This document shows positions 27,011-39,005 of a stretch of DNA of 64,000 nt, piece by piece. The notes beneath the pieces are model-generated. The model was not told where the DNA came from. It was given only the letters and a program-made list of their open reading frames with translations, and did not search any database. Source of the DNA: Anthoceros angustus (taxonomy: Eukaryota > Plantae > Anthocerotophyta); contig MU008212.1 of assembly GCA_010909165.1 (NCBI GenBank), positions 186,001-250,000 on the forward strand. Direction: 5' to 3'. The number at the start of each line of letters is the position of its first letter. Position 1 is the first letter of the stretch. Position numbers and translations under genes: made by a program.

Positions 27011-27739
27011 TGTCGATTTGTAACCCCAGATTTCCTATGACCGGGCGAGCTTCTTCCGGACAATTGCGGTGATTCGCCATATTTGCATCCGAACACGCCT
27101 CTTTCCAAAGCTTCCTCACGGGTGGGTATGCTCGCGCACATCATTCGATGTTGTGCTTTCTTCGACACCTCGTGTCGTGCTGTGTCTTGTCTCTTCCCAC
27201 ACCTCCCTCGGTGAACACTTTGCACGCACGCCGTGAACGCCAAAGATACTTCTTGATCTTTCACCATGCCTCCTCATGTCCGGAGGAATTCGCGACATGT
27301 GTGAAATCTCCATCCGCCACTTTGGCCTATAAAATGCCACAGTGCGTGGATCCACCCCATTGTCGGCCGCGTAGCATCCGCACCCAACAACACATCATAG
27401 TTTCGCATCCAAAACCAAACAATGTACTTCCACCACACACGCATTGCTCGGCTTATACTCTATCCGAATCGGATCGCGAGTCATCCCATCACTGTTCTTT
27501 GGTGCTGCGGATGTGGTGATCCGTACCTCACCGCCGCTTGTCTCCATACAGCAAGTGCTTCTTGCACCGTGCCCCAAGCAACCGGATCGGCACGGTGTCT
27601 ACTAACACACACTCCGGTGCAAAGCCATTGGCGGTGACTTCTCGTTCGCGATTCTTCACTAACGCTATTCCACCTTTCCCCTAGGCTGGCTTTAGATGAT
27701 CACCACGTCGACAAGCCGGACACCATGTTCAACCTGGCT

Positions 27740-28483
27740 TCCTTCTTAATCCATGCCCGCATTGCTTGCTTGAGCGGTTGTGTCCGGATCCCTGTGTCCC
27801 GCAAACTTACGGTACATCCATGGCTTTTCCAATCTCTCAGATTAGGAACAACCTCATCACGATGTGTGACGTCGCCTCGCCTGGATCCGCTCAATGACTT
27901 GGGCATTCTCAAGCGATTCTATCCCCATCGGTCTTCACTTTTACACCCTTGCGAAATCAATGCTTCCCACTTTGGCCTTGACCTTTCCGTCATCAACGCA
28001 AACACATCTTCGTCCGAGTCATAGGTTTCGCCGAACATGAGTCCTTGTTTATGCTCACGCTCATAGCCACCGCTTGCACCACCGACTCACTAAGCAAGGC
28101 TTCCGAGTGTAGCTCGCACTGCTTGTCCATTGCTCGGTCTCCTAGGCCCTTGGGTTTGAGTTCGGGATGGGCTTGCCGGCGGCTGTATGTCCGGTTTACC
28201 ACATGCCCTGACGCCTCTTTCTCCTTTGACCCACCAACACGATGCTCACATTCATACGCCATGCCCCTTGCACCGTAAACACTTTTACGGATGTCTTGAA
28301 GCTTCTATGAGCCACTTGATCCTTTGATGGCGACTCTGCGTTGGCGTTCACTGCACATGCTCGCGATAATGTGACTTCAGCCGCTCCGAATGTTCGGGTG
28401 TCGGTATGACTCGATCACATTGTGCTCCTCCTCGTACATTGGTGACAGATTCCTTTCATAACTCTTTGGCCATCTCGTACCGC
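27740..28483 (-). pseudogene. Gag/linker region of the DNMT-gypsy, 3' part
   Basis: Lies upstream of the protease on the same strand and is cut by the TIR element at 28488. Confidence 0.45.
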
Positions 28484-29329
28484 TCCAAACATGCTATTTA
28501 GTGAAGGGGTGATTATTCAAAGATGAGGGTTTTGCTCTTTATTTGCGAAGGGGTTTTGGATGGGTGTTGAATCCTTTGTTCACCGCCAGCCGGAAAAGAT
28601 GATCGAAAGAAGGGTGAACACCAACACTGCAGCTTGTTGTGACATGTGGAGCAATGGTTGTAGTTTACACCTATCGACTTTAGAGCCCATTTATGACCCA
28701 AAATGGAGCACCATGATCGTGAAGATGAGTACATTTGACGATGCCCCCACAAACAATCGGGAAAACATGGTCCAACCAATGTCGAACTCTCATATTTCAA
28801 GTTTCCCCAGAACGCTTCCATGCGGGTGGTGGTATGGGTCATGAATCCTTCCGCATACATGGAATTCATGGAATCGGGCAGGCGCCGCCAGCCGGCGCCC
28901 GCACCTGCCTCCCACAATCCCAGAAAGTGACATGTCATCTCCTATCCCTTGGTAGGTTGGAGGAATCGATTTTTGAGACAAGAGGGTCAGATGTGTCACC
29001 AACCATCCGACAGGATGCTATGTATAGTCATGTGACTAGCCGTGATCAAAAAGCGGAAAGTCGGTATGGATGCATTATTAGTGATCGCATCGTAAGCCTA
29101 AATGTGCACATGCTCTAAATGTGCAAATTGTGGGAAAGGGTGTCTCGAATCGCTAGTGCTTTAGGACTAAAACCTCAAGATTTGGAGCGGAGTTTCCATC
29201 GGCTAACATCTTGTAGAATATATGTCGTTTCAAACTTTCCCCAAGGAGAATGGGCTACAATGAACGTATCGAATGTGTCTTGCGGTTTCCCTTCTCAAAG
29301 CAGAAAATGAGGCCTATGCGCACTTTTAA

Positions 29330-32300
29330 CATTCGGTGCAATCTACTCTCCTTCTAAATTGACGCCGTCATCTTCGTTAGGTTCGGCATCATCACCGTCA
29401 TCTTCATCCTCTGCCACTTTGACTTGCTGGTTGTATGAAGCCCCGCAATTCATTCAGCTTGTCCTTGATTGCCTTCTTGTCTACCGCATACAGATGTTTC
29501 CGAGAATTCAAGGTGAAACCATAATACAAGATGACGGTTTTGTGTACATAAACTTCCTGAATATTTTTTAGGTTCAACCCCTTCGACCCCCTTTTCCCCG
29601 GTTTGTTGCTTGGCTGCCTGGCATCCCCCCGAATTATGTATTCTTCAACGTACCTACCCTCAAACGACCGTGTGCTCGATCATGAACAAGTAAGTGAGGT
29701 GGGTCATCAAACAAACCGTCAATCACCTTCCCAATCCAAAATGGTCTCATGCGTGTCCTCGCCGGGAACGCAATGAACATGCCCTTATTTATTTCAACAC
29801 ATCACCATTCAAACGTGTCATTCCCTCCTGTCTTTCCAAGTTTTGGTATCGTCCCAAATACATATCTCGTTGTGGAAGGTCCTCAACAACGCCGTAATAA
29901 AGCTTCATCATCAAGTCGCAGAGGTTGGGTCACATTCTACTGGACCTCGAATACCACTTCCAAGGATGCCGGAGGACGAGCCCAATGTTGTTTTGAACAA
30001 TAACAATCTCTTGTTGGTCCACCGAAAGCTTCCCACCATTTGTATTCCTCCGATGTCACATAAGGCCTAAGGGCCGAAAGACCTTCCTTCAAATGAGCCA
30101 CACCATCCGTAGGTGATAAGTCCGCCAACTTTCCTTTTCTATCCCTTGACCGAGGCGGTTAAGGGAGGCCGTTATTGTGTCCAACGGCACGAATGTCAAA
30201 AACTCAACCCGGCCTCTGTCTCCCAATAGGGCTGATGTGGAATACCTTGATAGCTTACAAACCCACGGTCACCTTTGGCTTCTCTCGTAATTTTTGAATT
30301 GGTCTGGAAAGAGAGGTTGTTTAATTTTTGATCCGCCTTGTATGCGTGTCCACCTTCCCTTGCCTTATGGGCCAAACATATGACCGGAAGTCCGAACCAA
30401 TATCTTCACCTCCTACTGTGGAGTGTACGCACTAATCAAAATCTCGAGCAGAAGAGTGTGAGCTTCCTTGTGTTTTAAGCTTTTGAAAAGCATGAAAACA
30501 TTTGGTCGATTTGATCATGCGTATGCCCCACCAACAAAACCCCACTTTCACCTTTTCAAACGTCCCCATGTCCACGAGCATGTTGAGATATGCAAAAGCA
30601 TTGATTCTTGTTCTCTCGCAGTGTTGTCCAATTGCAAATATAACACTTTCGGCAATACTCCTTCAGTAGTTATGAATAACATCCTCGGATGATGGTAATC
30701 GTAAGATTGGCATCATTCAAGTTCGCATAATGCAAGTAAGCTCTTGCCTTAAACGTAATTGTGGATCATGCACCCAACCACATGAACTCGAATACGACTC
30801 CTCATCCAAGTTCTTTTGGCCATCAAGTAGATGGGAATCTCCGTCTTCTTTTGGTCCATTCCATCGATTGAAAGTAGAAGGTACATATGTGGTTCTACAT
30901 AACTCTTGCTCGTGTTTCGCCATCTTCACCGCCTCCGATGTAACCGCAAACGATGGGCATCTAAAGCCGCTTGATATTTTTCTGTTTAAAAACATACACA
31001 CTCGTGTACATTTGAAGAGACATCCGATTAGATATGAAGGACCCTCCTATCTGACGATCGCCTGGGCGACGTCCCCAAATCAACGGAGGAAGAACCTTCA
31101 TGTTCCGTCCTAGCGCATTTGCACAATTGTCGCTGTATTTTCACGAGCAACCACAATCCATGCCATCGGCTTTTGGTTATGGAGGCGCCGGCCTACCACA
31201 TGTATAAATTGTAGGGTGACCTATGGTCCTTCGCCATGTGGGCGTTGGCGATTGGTATCCTCACGACGGAACTTATGGTAAAGAAGAGCACTGAGGTGGG
31301 GCGCCGGCCGGCGCCCATCTCTGTGCTCTTTAACGCACCATAGGGTTCTTGGCCTCCAGGGCCGGCCGCCGGCCCCCACCACATGTCTGGGCCTCGTGGT
31401 TTCATCCCAAGGGTTTTGCATATGTGGACGGCCGGTCACGGCCGCACCCCATCCCATCATACAAAGATCAGTAAGACCCGGTTATAGGGATCTTGCCCAT
31501 AAGGCCTCGAGTTCAAAACAACCATTCCCCACTCAAGAAAACCATTTCCATAAGTTCCCATGCATGTCAACCAGCCCCGTCGAAAGTGGTAACAATTACC
31601 TTGATCGGATTTGTGGACTGTGTTCCTAATTGTGCTCTTCAGACCTGCGCAGAGTGAGCACGTGGAAAACCTGTTGGATTTTGGTATTTTCACTCTTGGG
31701 AAGTTGCTTTTCCATAACTTCAAGAACCATGGATATTTCACATAGAGGATCCCAGAGGTTTCGCATTGCCGCCTGTACATACTCCATATTTCCAACCTTG
31801 TGTATGTGCGGAAGGTTGAAGACCTCCACGTTTCGGCCAGCCATCATTAGAAATGTCTTATCCATCCGAGGATATCGCTCCCCAGCATAAGAAGACTGGT
31901 TTGGGGTTAGGCCTGAAACCATCCACGGGCATTCAAATGATTCGCTCGCCTTCCTCATATCACAGCCCTATGCAATATACTCTTCTAAATGCCTTCAAGC
32001 AGACGGAATGGACCCCAAAATGTGTGTGCATACTTTACCCCTTTCACATCCCCTCTCTCGCTTGAACCAAGGACTCTAGAAATGTCTCTTGCTCGCCCAT
32101 CCTTAGGAATCGGTACCGCTCCCCGAAACTTTTCTTTTGTCACCGAAGCACATTTGATTGCAACATGGTTTTGAATCCGTCACTACCTCTCCTTCACTTT
32201 TCTTCAATGTGACACCAGCTGCCTCCGTTGAGGTGCAATGCTTTGCTCGCTTGACGCAGCCTCACCCCGCGCTTGGGATGGAACGACTGACGCGGTGCAG

Positions 32301-32960
32301 GTGTCTGGAAGTGGTCAGCTTCATCTTCATCCTCGGAGGGTTCGTGCTCGCCTGGGAGGTCTTCTACCGTGACCACCATCAAACAATCCCTGCGTGCAAC
32401 AGGTGGTCCATTCTCACGCAGTTGAGGGATGAGGACTCTCGAATCGGATCCGGGAGGCGTGTAGATGGGCTCCCTCAATGGTCACAGATAGATGCAAATT
32501 CCGCGGTGTGAGGCACACCCGCGGCATGTTTGACGCCAAGTGTCGACGCCTGTAGAGCCTACATGGGCGGTGCGAACTTAACAAGCTACCGACCTCTTCC
32601 AAAAGTGGGAAAAGCGGTAACCACAACAAACCTTCATGTGGAGGACTCCGTGGGTATTGCACGAATATGTGAACTTGGAGGAGCGTTCAAGATAGCGAGC
32701 CTCTTCCTCCTGCGGACCATGTCTCCATTTCTTTGGAATTGCGAGGGGCCCGGGTCCTCCACTTGAACCTCCTGCGCACACGTGCATGGTCGGTACGTTG
32801 CACATCAGTATCATGAATGGTATGCGGAAAAGACAATGGCGAAACAAGACCAACCTCATCTCCGCAGCGCAGCGTAAATGCAACATCGCACGCACTTATC
32901 GAATGCGCAAGGAAGGAAAGCACAAGACTTTGCGAGCACCGTGTAGTGGCTAGTGACATC
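29330..32960 (-). pseudogene. DDD-type transposase (Sola-like), frameshifted
   Basis: FLKLWKSNFPRVKIPKSNRFSTCSLC (~31650-31730); catalytic candidates IDGMDQK (~30850-30870), LYLQLDNTARE (~30615-30645), GHTHDQIDQMFS (~30495-30530). Outer boundaries are approximate. Confidence 0.8.
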
Positions 32961-33589
32961 AAGCCTCCCTCCTGGCTTTGCTATATGGCGTCGGACGGCC
33001 CTCGCATCCCCGAGTGCCACCGCCTAAGAGGTTGATGGGATTGCCTCGAAATAAGTGCGGACAATGAAGTGGTTGATGGCCGTACGTGATTGTAACGGAA
33101 AATCCAAGCATTGCAGCAGCCACCGGCGAAAAGTTGATGGCGGCGCCTAAAATAGTAAGCTCGTCAAAATTGAGTTTAAGGTAGCGGGTTATTTTAGAGA
33201 AACACGGTTATGAAAACCATTTGGGGTTATGGAAGAAAACCCTACTTTTACACGCTTAACTTCGTCTCGTTAAGGCCTCCTCTTTTGAACTTAAGGGCTA
33301 CCGTTTGCAAGGCACCGACAGAAGTTCACGCCGTGATTTCGAGCGCAACACCTCACCGTGACCGCCGCTTCTTGCCGAGCGCACCACCACCGGATCGCCG
33401 TGATTTGGGAGTGAGGCGCCACACCGCCGCTCGCCCGCCCTAGACCGCCGCAAGCTCGGGTTGAGCGCAACTTTGCCGAGCGCAAGCTCGCAAGTCGGAT
33501 AAAGGCGCCAAGCTCTTGAGAGGCGATCTTGGAGGTGAGTTAGCGGTCACAGGCTTTGTGCATCTCTTTGTGATTACGGAGTGGGGTTG

Positions 33590-34950
33590 CCTTGAATTGC
33601 GAGATCAAGATGGCGTGGGGAGGAGCAAGAAGGACCAGCCTTTGGAGGAATATGACCGCCCGCCATGCGCAAGAAGGCCGGAGGAAGCTCAAAGGCGAGA
33701 GGCACCCCACGGCGGACATCGCGGAGGCACCTCCATCCAGTCGCCGGTTGGAGACATCTTGCCATCCGGCCATGCTCCAACAATGGAGAAGCATTCTTCG
33801 GGGCAAGCAAAATCAATCATCCGCCAAAATCCCACAAAGGCTGGAGAGCAAGGGACGAAGAAGGTTGGTAAGAGCGAAACAACCTATTCCACCCGATTCA
33901 TACCATACTATGAGGAGACCCCATATCGCGTATCCGGCACTCGACAATGTTGTGGTTGTGGAGAAGGACTGGATGCTTGTGCAGGATCCATGCCCCATGA
34001 CCGCAATGCGCCATGGACCCCTTTGTTGAAGTTGTGGATCATGGGATATAGGGGGCTCGCCAAATCGTAGAGCAAGAGCGGCGGGTTGTTTGGGCTACTT
34101 TGGACTTCAATGAAGGGAGCGAGTTCACTTTTGTGCACCACAAAGGCATACCAAGATGAGGAAGTTTCAGATCCGCGTTTATACAAGTCTCTTGTTCTTA
34201 GCCCCGAAGGGTTTCACTGGAAGAAGTGTGCACCTCGTGGCCTTGTTGAAGATTTCCGCGATTCCATGCGGAGATAAGATTGCCTGAATCGCATTCCTTC
34301 GCAGCTTCTTCACATGTGAGAGTCACCGACATTGTGGATATGTTTTTCCTACCATCTTCCGTGCACCACTAGTTGCGAGGGCACTCGAGCTATCTCAAAA
34401 AGATTACACAAACTATGAGGGCCCACAAGAGGAAATGTCTATGCCGAGCCCAAGCCTCCATACAGAACGGTGATGTGGTGGAAGAAGATCATGAGGAGAG
34501 TGAGCTTGGCCCATCGACGGGAAGATGGGGCTTTACCGCTAGTCAAGCGCATCTGCATACAAGGATGGGGCATGTGAATCGAGATGCCGAGGACCTTCCC
34601 AATCTTCAAACTCCGACTCCTTCCGTTATGGTTCCCACCATGCAATATGACCGACGGCTGGGCGCGCCTGCCGGCCCTAGTCATCTTCAGTTCCCCAAGA
34701 GCGCCAACGATCCGGACCGGTTTATAAGATTCAAGAAGGTGCAGTGGTTTGGGCGGCCACGCCGCCTCAATCCTCCCACCACAGGCAAGAGAGCAAGATG
34801 GCACCGGTCGGGGCAGGGTTCGTCCCCGGAGAAAAGGACATGGCGGATGCGGGGATGTGGGTATGGAGGGAGGAGAGGCGCCGGCGCCGCCTCCTCAACC
34901 TTCATGCCCAACGATCAGTTTCGAGTGGCAAAGGCAAGGGAAGTGTGAAG
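33590..34950 (+). pseudogene. Unknown accessory ORF of the TIR transposon (possibly the N-terminus of the ParB-MTase gene)
   Basis: Overlapping + strand ORF pieces with coding-like composition, divergent from the transposase; domain not identified. Confidence 0.4.
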
Positions 34951-35049
34951 CCCCGCACACACAGTGGGACGAGAATTGGGAAGGAAAACCAAGAAGGCAA
35001 AGAAGGGTGGAAGAGAAGATGCCATGGGAGGGACATAACCACGCTTCAT

Positions 35050-35560
35050 ATTCAAACCGACGAGGAAAGGTTGGAAGAGGCTATGAGGGATGCAGATCCA
35101 TTGACTCGCTTAAGGGATTGCATACTCAAGAAGGTGGTGAGAAAAGGTTAGTGAAGTTGGAGAACTTGAGACCCGGACATTACTCACGCAGCAGATCCGG
35201 AGGGTTGATGAGGCTTGGGCAAACTATCTTGCCCGTGTTATAGCGAAAGGCGGATAGAGGAGGAGTTCGCCTCTTTGTGTATGATTGATCCGAGCGAGTG
35301 TGTCTTGATCGGGTGGAAGCAATGGCGTGCAAAGAAGTCATGGGAGTTCTTGGTGGTAACCACACGCAGCTATGAAGCACTTATCGATATCTCACCCGGA
35401 AGAAGCGGTTCCAATATGTTGAAGCACATGTGTATTGTGGGCTTACTGCATGAGATGCGGTGCTTGCACAGATCACAATATGATGTCCGATCAAGAAAGA
35501 AGATGAACTTTATAGAGCAAGTCGGTATTTAAGGGACGAGTTGATCATCGCAAAGAGGGA
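35050..35560 (+). pseudogene. ParB/Sulfiredoxin-like domain
   Basis: Across frameshifts: QIRRVDEAWANYLARVI...MIDP...GVLGGNHTQ (35343-35369)...AHVYCGLT; matches the ParB/Srx G-x-H-R/T core. Confidence 0.62.
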
Positions 35561-36449
35561 AGAAGTGCAAATGACCATGTCCTGAAATACAACTGCATAA
35601 AAGTCCTAGGTTTGATTGAAGACGATGAAGGGCGGAGGACGACGTGTACAAGGTAACAAAGTGGACAATCGGACCCACATTCATGTGTATTGCTAAGCGG
35701 GATGGGAAGGTGTGGGAGAATGTGGACAAGATTTTTTCCAAATGGGAAGCGAGAGCTTCGAGCGGAAGAAACACGTTCTGAGGACAAGCAAGAAAGGGAA
35801 AGGCAAGCGCTGGCGGATGACCAAGTGTTGATAGTGTGTACGCTGCAGAGACATGTTGGCCAAGCCCGAAATCTTTTCGTGGAATACTTGGAGAGTGTGG
35901 CCAGAAATCGATAAGCGCCACCGAGAAGGTGTTGATGATAGATCCGAAGGGGATGGAGGAAGAGATCACATGCTGAAAAATTTCATATCATACAAGTAGC
36001 AATGGTGAAGCATCTCGCCGTCATTTGAAGAGGTGCGAGGAGTATCCTTTACATTCTACGGACAATATGCTAGCACGATTCCAAACACCTTCTCCGGAAA
36101 GGTATGTCCGCATCGTTTTTTTTTACAGGGACCGGGGATGATGCCGCCGGCGCCTGCACCGCCCGTCCCCTCGCATATGTTTGATGACAAGGCTTTCTCC
36201 CTCACTATATGGGGTGGGCGCCGCCGCCGCGCCTTCAATCCAACGCGAAATGAGGGCGCCGCCGCGCCCTCCCAACAGAATGACTAACGAGCTCGGCAGC
36301 AATTGAAAGACATCAAGTGTCGACAAAACTCCACGACTTCCAAAGATTTTATTTTCGAGATAAACAATTGGAAAGGGCTTGAAGACGCAAAGATTAGCGG
36401 ACAAGGACCCGGAGGAAGGTCTTGAGGTTTTCAAGGCCCATCATCAGAG

Positions 36450-37134
36450 AGCCGTACAATACCAAATCGAAAGTCGTGATGTACAAGATATGCGTGGTTT
36501 TCTCGTGCAAGGCGGTACACACTTCTCGTCATGGATGTGCCCCGAGGTTTTAACATTGGACCTATGGACAAGAGGGTGGATAAGCAATGATGGATTCTTC
36601 CAAAGCTTTGCCGAAGACCACTAGCGATGAACCGAGGATGATTGTGATGCATGGAGTGGAGGAGGCACATACGCTTAGAGAATCAATGCGAAAGTGGAGC
36701 AGAAAGGGCTTGGTGTCGCTCAGTGGGACAAGACAAACATGAACAATGACAGGGGTGGATTTGAGACTGTGGAATACATAACTATCGGATGGGGTCTGAA
36801 GGATGGGAGCACAAAGGACAGAATCGCAATGCTACCAAATGCTATGCATGGAACATTCAACAATGGAAGGTCTGTCATTGCTCACGACACAGTTGTCAAA
36901 AAACAGGTTTACATGTCACATGACAAGTTGGTGGTCTGCCCTTACCAGAGACCACTAGGGTTGATGACGAGACTTATTACAACCTTCTCCAAAGAGGGAG
37001 ATTGGGTTGGATGCATGCTCGGGGCACAACCGTATTGGCTGCATTTGCGTGAAGGAGTTGTATCGCCATCGAGTGACTTGAGATGCAGTTATATTTCACA
37101 AAGAATTCATGGATTTGAGGTGCTGATGCGCTGA
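36450..37134 (+). pseudogene. Beta-class N4-cytosine/N6-adenine DNA methyltransferase
   Basis: YTLLVMDVPRGF (motif IV position, ~36515-36550), then QWDKTN, PYQRPLGLMTRLITTFSKEGDWV and, after frameshifts, DACSG..TTVLAA...RSCIAIE (motif I). The order IV-TRD-I indicates beta class. Confidence 0.8.
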
Positions 37135-37828
37135 GGAGTTGAATTTTGAAGCCCACCGGAGAGGACTTGCACCTGGCAAAGGAGGTTTGCATCAGAGAAG
37201 GACTCCTTGAAAGCACAAGTGGTTTCTTTGAGTGCCGTCGGAATAAGAGCGGATCGGCGATTTGTTGGAGGCTGGCCAACAAACACTCGAGAATGTTTGG
37301 CGATCGGTATGGTAATGATGAAGACATGATGGGAACGAGGACTCGAGGGCTTTGGTTGAAGTCGACACTTTCGATGAGGAAGAACTTGAGCGGATACACT
37401 CGTAGTTTATGATTCGTGCCAAGCACCGGTTGAGTCACAAGTTAGCCCACGCGTAGACGCTTTGTAGTTGTGAACTATTGTCCGTGCTAGTGGTCAATTT
37501 TGGCGGAACCTAAAACAGGATGGTCTCCAACGCTTGCATGACGTACCCATACCTAGTTTTGTTGTGTTATTACTAGGCCTTTTGTCAATGTGGAAATGGA
37601 TCATCGCACAAAACAAACTACTTTTGAGGACTAACGCCCGCCAGCCGCTTGACCCTTCCTCGGTTTTGTTGTTTCACAACCGCGATTCAAGTAGGAATCA
37701 TTGTCCATGGTATGGGACACCCGAAATCAAAAACACGGTTTTGGGAACCATGTGTTATCTGTGAAGGAGGTTTCGTTCAACGGAAGGGGTTCGGATATTC
37801 ACCCCCTTCACCGAATACCGTGTTTCGA

Positions 37829-38800
37829 CCCATCTGCCCATGTAGTACATAGTGCACAGTAGCGATCACCTCCTCCTCTCATCTTCTGTGATGCAAAGAC
37901 AATGTATATTTATTGCTACCGCTTCCCTCATAGTCTTCACCTTGGTATCTTTCACCGGTACGCTAGAGTAGATATCAGATCTTAGAGGCTCATTACGATC
38001 ACAAACTTTGACAACTCTTGGATTTTCTCAATGGAAGATCTGGAAACATCTCACCAAACTTGGAACATCTCGTCCACCAAATAAGTGATGACCTCGGTTG
38101 CGATGAACCCGATGATCTGGTTCTTCATCATCGACCTTGGAGCCTTTCCTTGCCGCTTCATTCGCGACATGTGTGCATCTGCGGTATCTTTTCTTTCGCG
38201 ATCCACGATAGCGGTTAAAGCTTCACCGGCTAGAAGCGTGCTCATCTTTCGAGTGCCATCTCCGGTGTGAACTCGGACTTGTATTTGAGCACCATCTCAT
38301 CAATCGCCCATCGAACTTCTCTTCAAAGTCGAAGAGACATACTACGTGTCTACACGAACATCATTTTTTTGGTTCATAATCCATCCACACGCCGATTTTC
38401 TTCAAAGTCAATGGATCGATAGGGTGTGACTCCTCAAGCGACCACTTGTCCTACAGAAGGAAGGCATGCCCGGGATTGTAAGCTTAGTTGTCGGTGTGCT
38501 TCGTTGATTCACCACAGTAACAACACCATCACTATCAATCCCTCCCCTGCGAGACTATATGAGGCATTAGTCAAAGTTGGTGTCGGTTCCTTCCAGCGTC
38601 GATCCGCCAACCATGCCCGACTTGTCAATCACCTCACTCGAGGCGTTGCCAAAAATCGCCGCTTCCGGCTCCACGGATCGGCCACTCCACGAATGGATGC
38701 ACGCATAAAGCAAGTGAATAATCCAAGGTGTTTTCTGACGATCTACCATGGACTTATACGTGCGTCGTTCACCGGCTTGGGGTCAGATTGACTTCCTCTT
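37829..38800 (-). pseudogene. Gag 5' part of the DNMT-gypsy
   Basis: Lies between the 5' LTR/leader and the TIR insertion; minus-strand ORF pieces; no definitive motif. Confidence 0.4.
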
Positions 38801-38853
38801 CTCGTCTTCCGCTCGAATCTGGGCCCCTCTCTCGGACCCTTGAGTCGCGTTGC

Positions 38854-39005
38854 TACCTTGTGTGGCTTCACGGTGCGGATTGTTGATGTGCAAAATTCTT
38901 GGCTTGGGATGGTTGTCCTCTGCACACACCAATTTGAAGCATCACAAGGTACTTGAAAAAGTGCTTGGGATACGTCATTCTATTGAATCGACATCAACAA
39001 TCCGC
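38854..39005 (-). promoter_or_regulatory. Putative self-priming site (PBS complementary to an LTR-internal sequence) plus U5-leader stem
   Basis: Perfect 15-bp inverted repeat 38875-38889 / 38991-39005 and 15/17 inverted repeat 38854-38870 / 38935-38951; no tRNA-type TGG PBS. Confidence 0.65.

Larger units (their letters stand above)
22873..27735 (-). repeat. Mosaic duplication block: 22873-23785 copies ~18530-19460, 23785-24498 copies ~28727-29455, and 24499-27735 copies ~19671-22870
   Basis: Near-identical re-occurrence of these segments, with independent indel errors. Confidence 0.8.
28488..37824. mobile_element. 9.3-kb TIR DNA transposon with a Sola-like DDD transposase and ParB-like/amino-methyltransferase cargo
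   Basis: TIRs AACATGCTATTTAGTGAAGGGGTGA and reverse-complement AACACGGTATTCGGTGAAGGGGGTGA; 4-bp TSD TCCA (28484-28487) / TCGA (37825-37828). Confidence 0.87.

Noticed and set aside
33900-34400. Ulp1/C48 protease as transposon cargo
   Set aside because: The H-W, D-S and CG hints require several arbitrary frameshifts, and a cleaner alternative reading lacks the triad.
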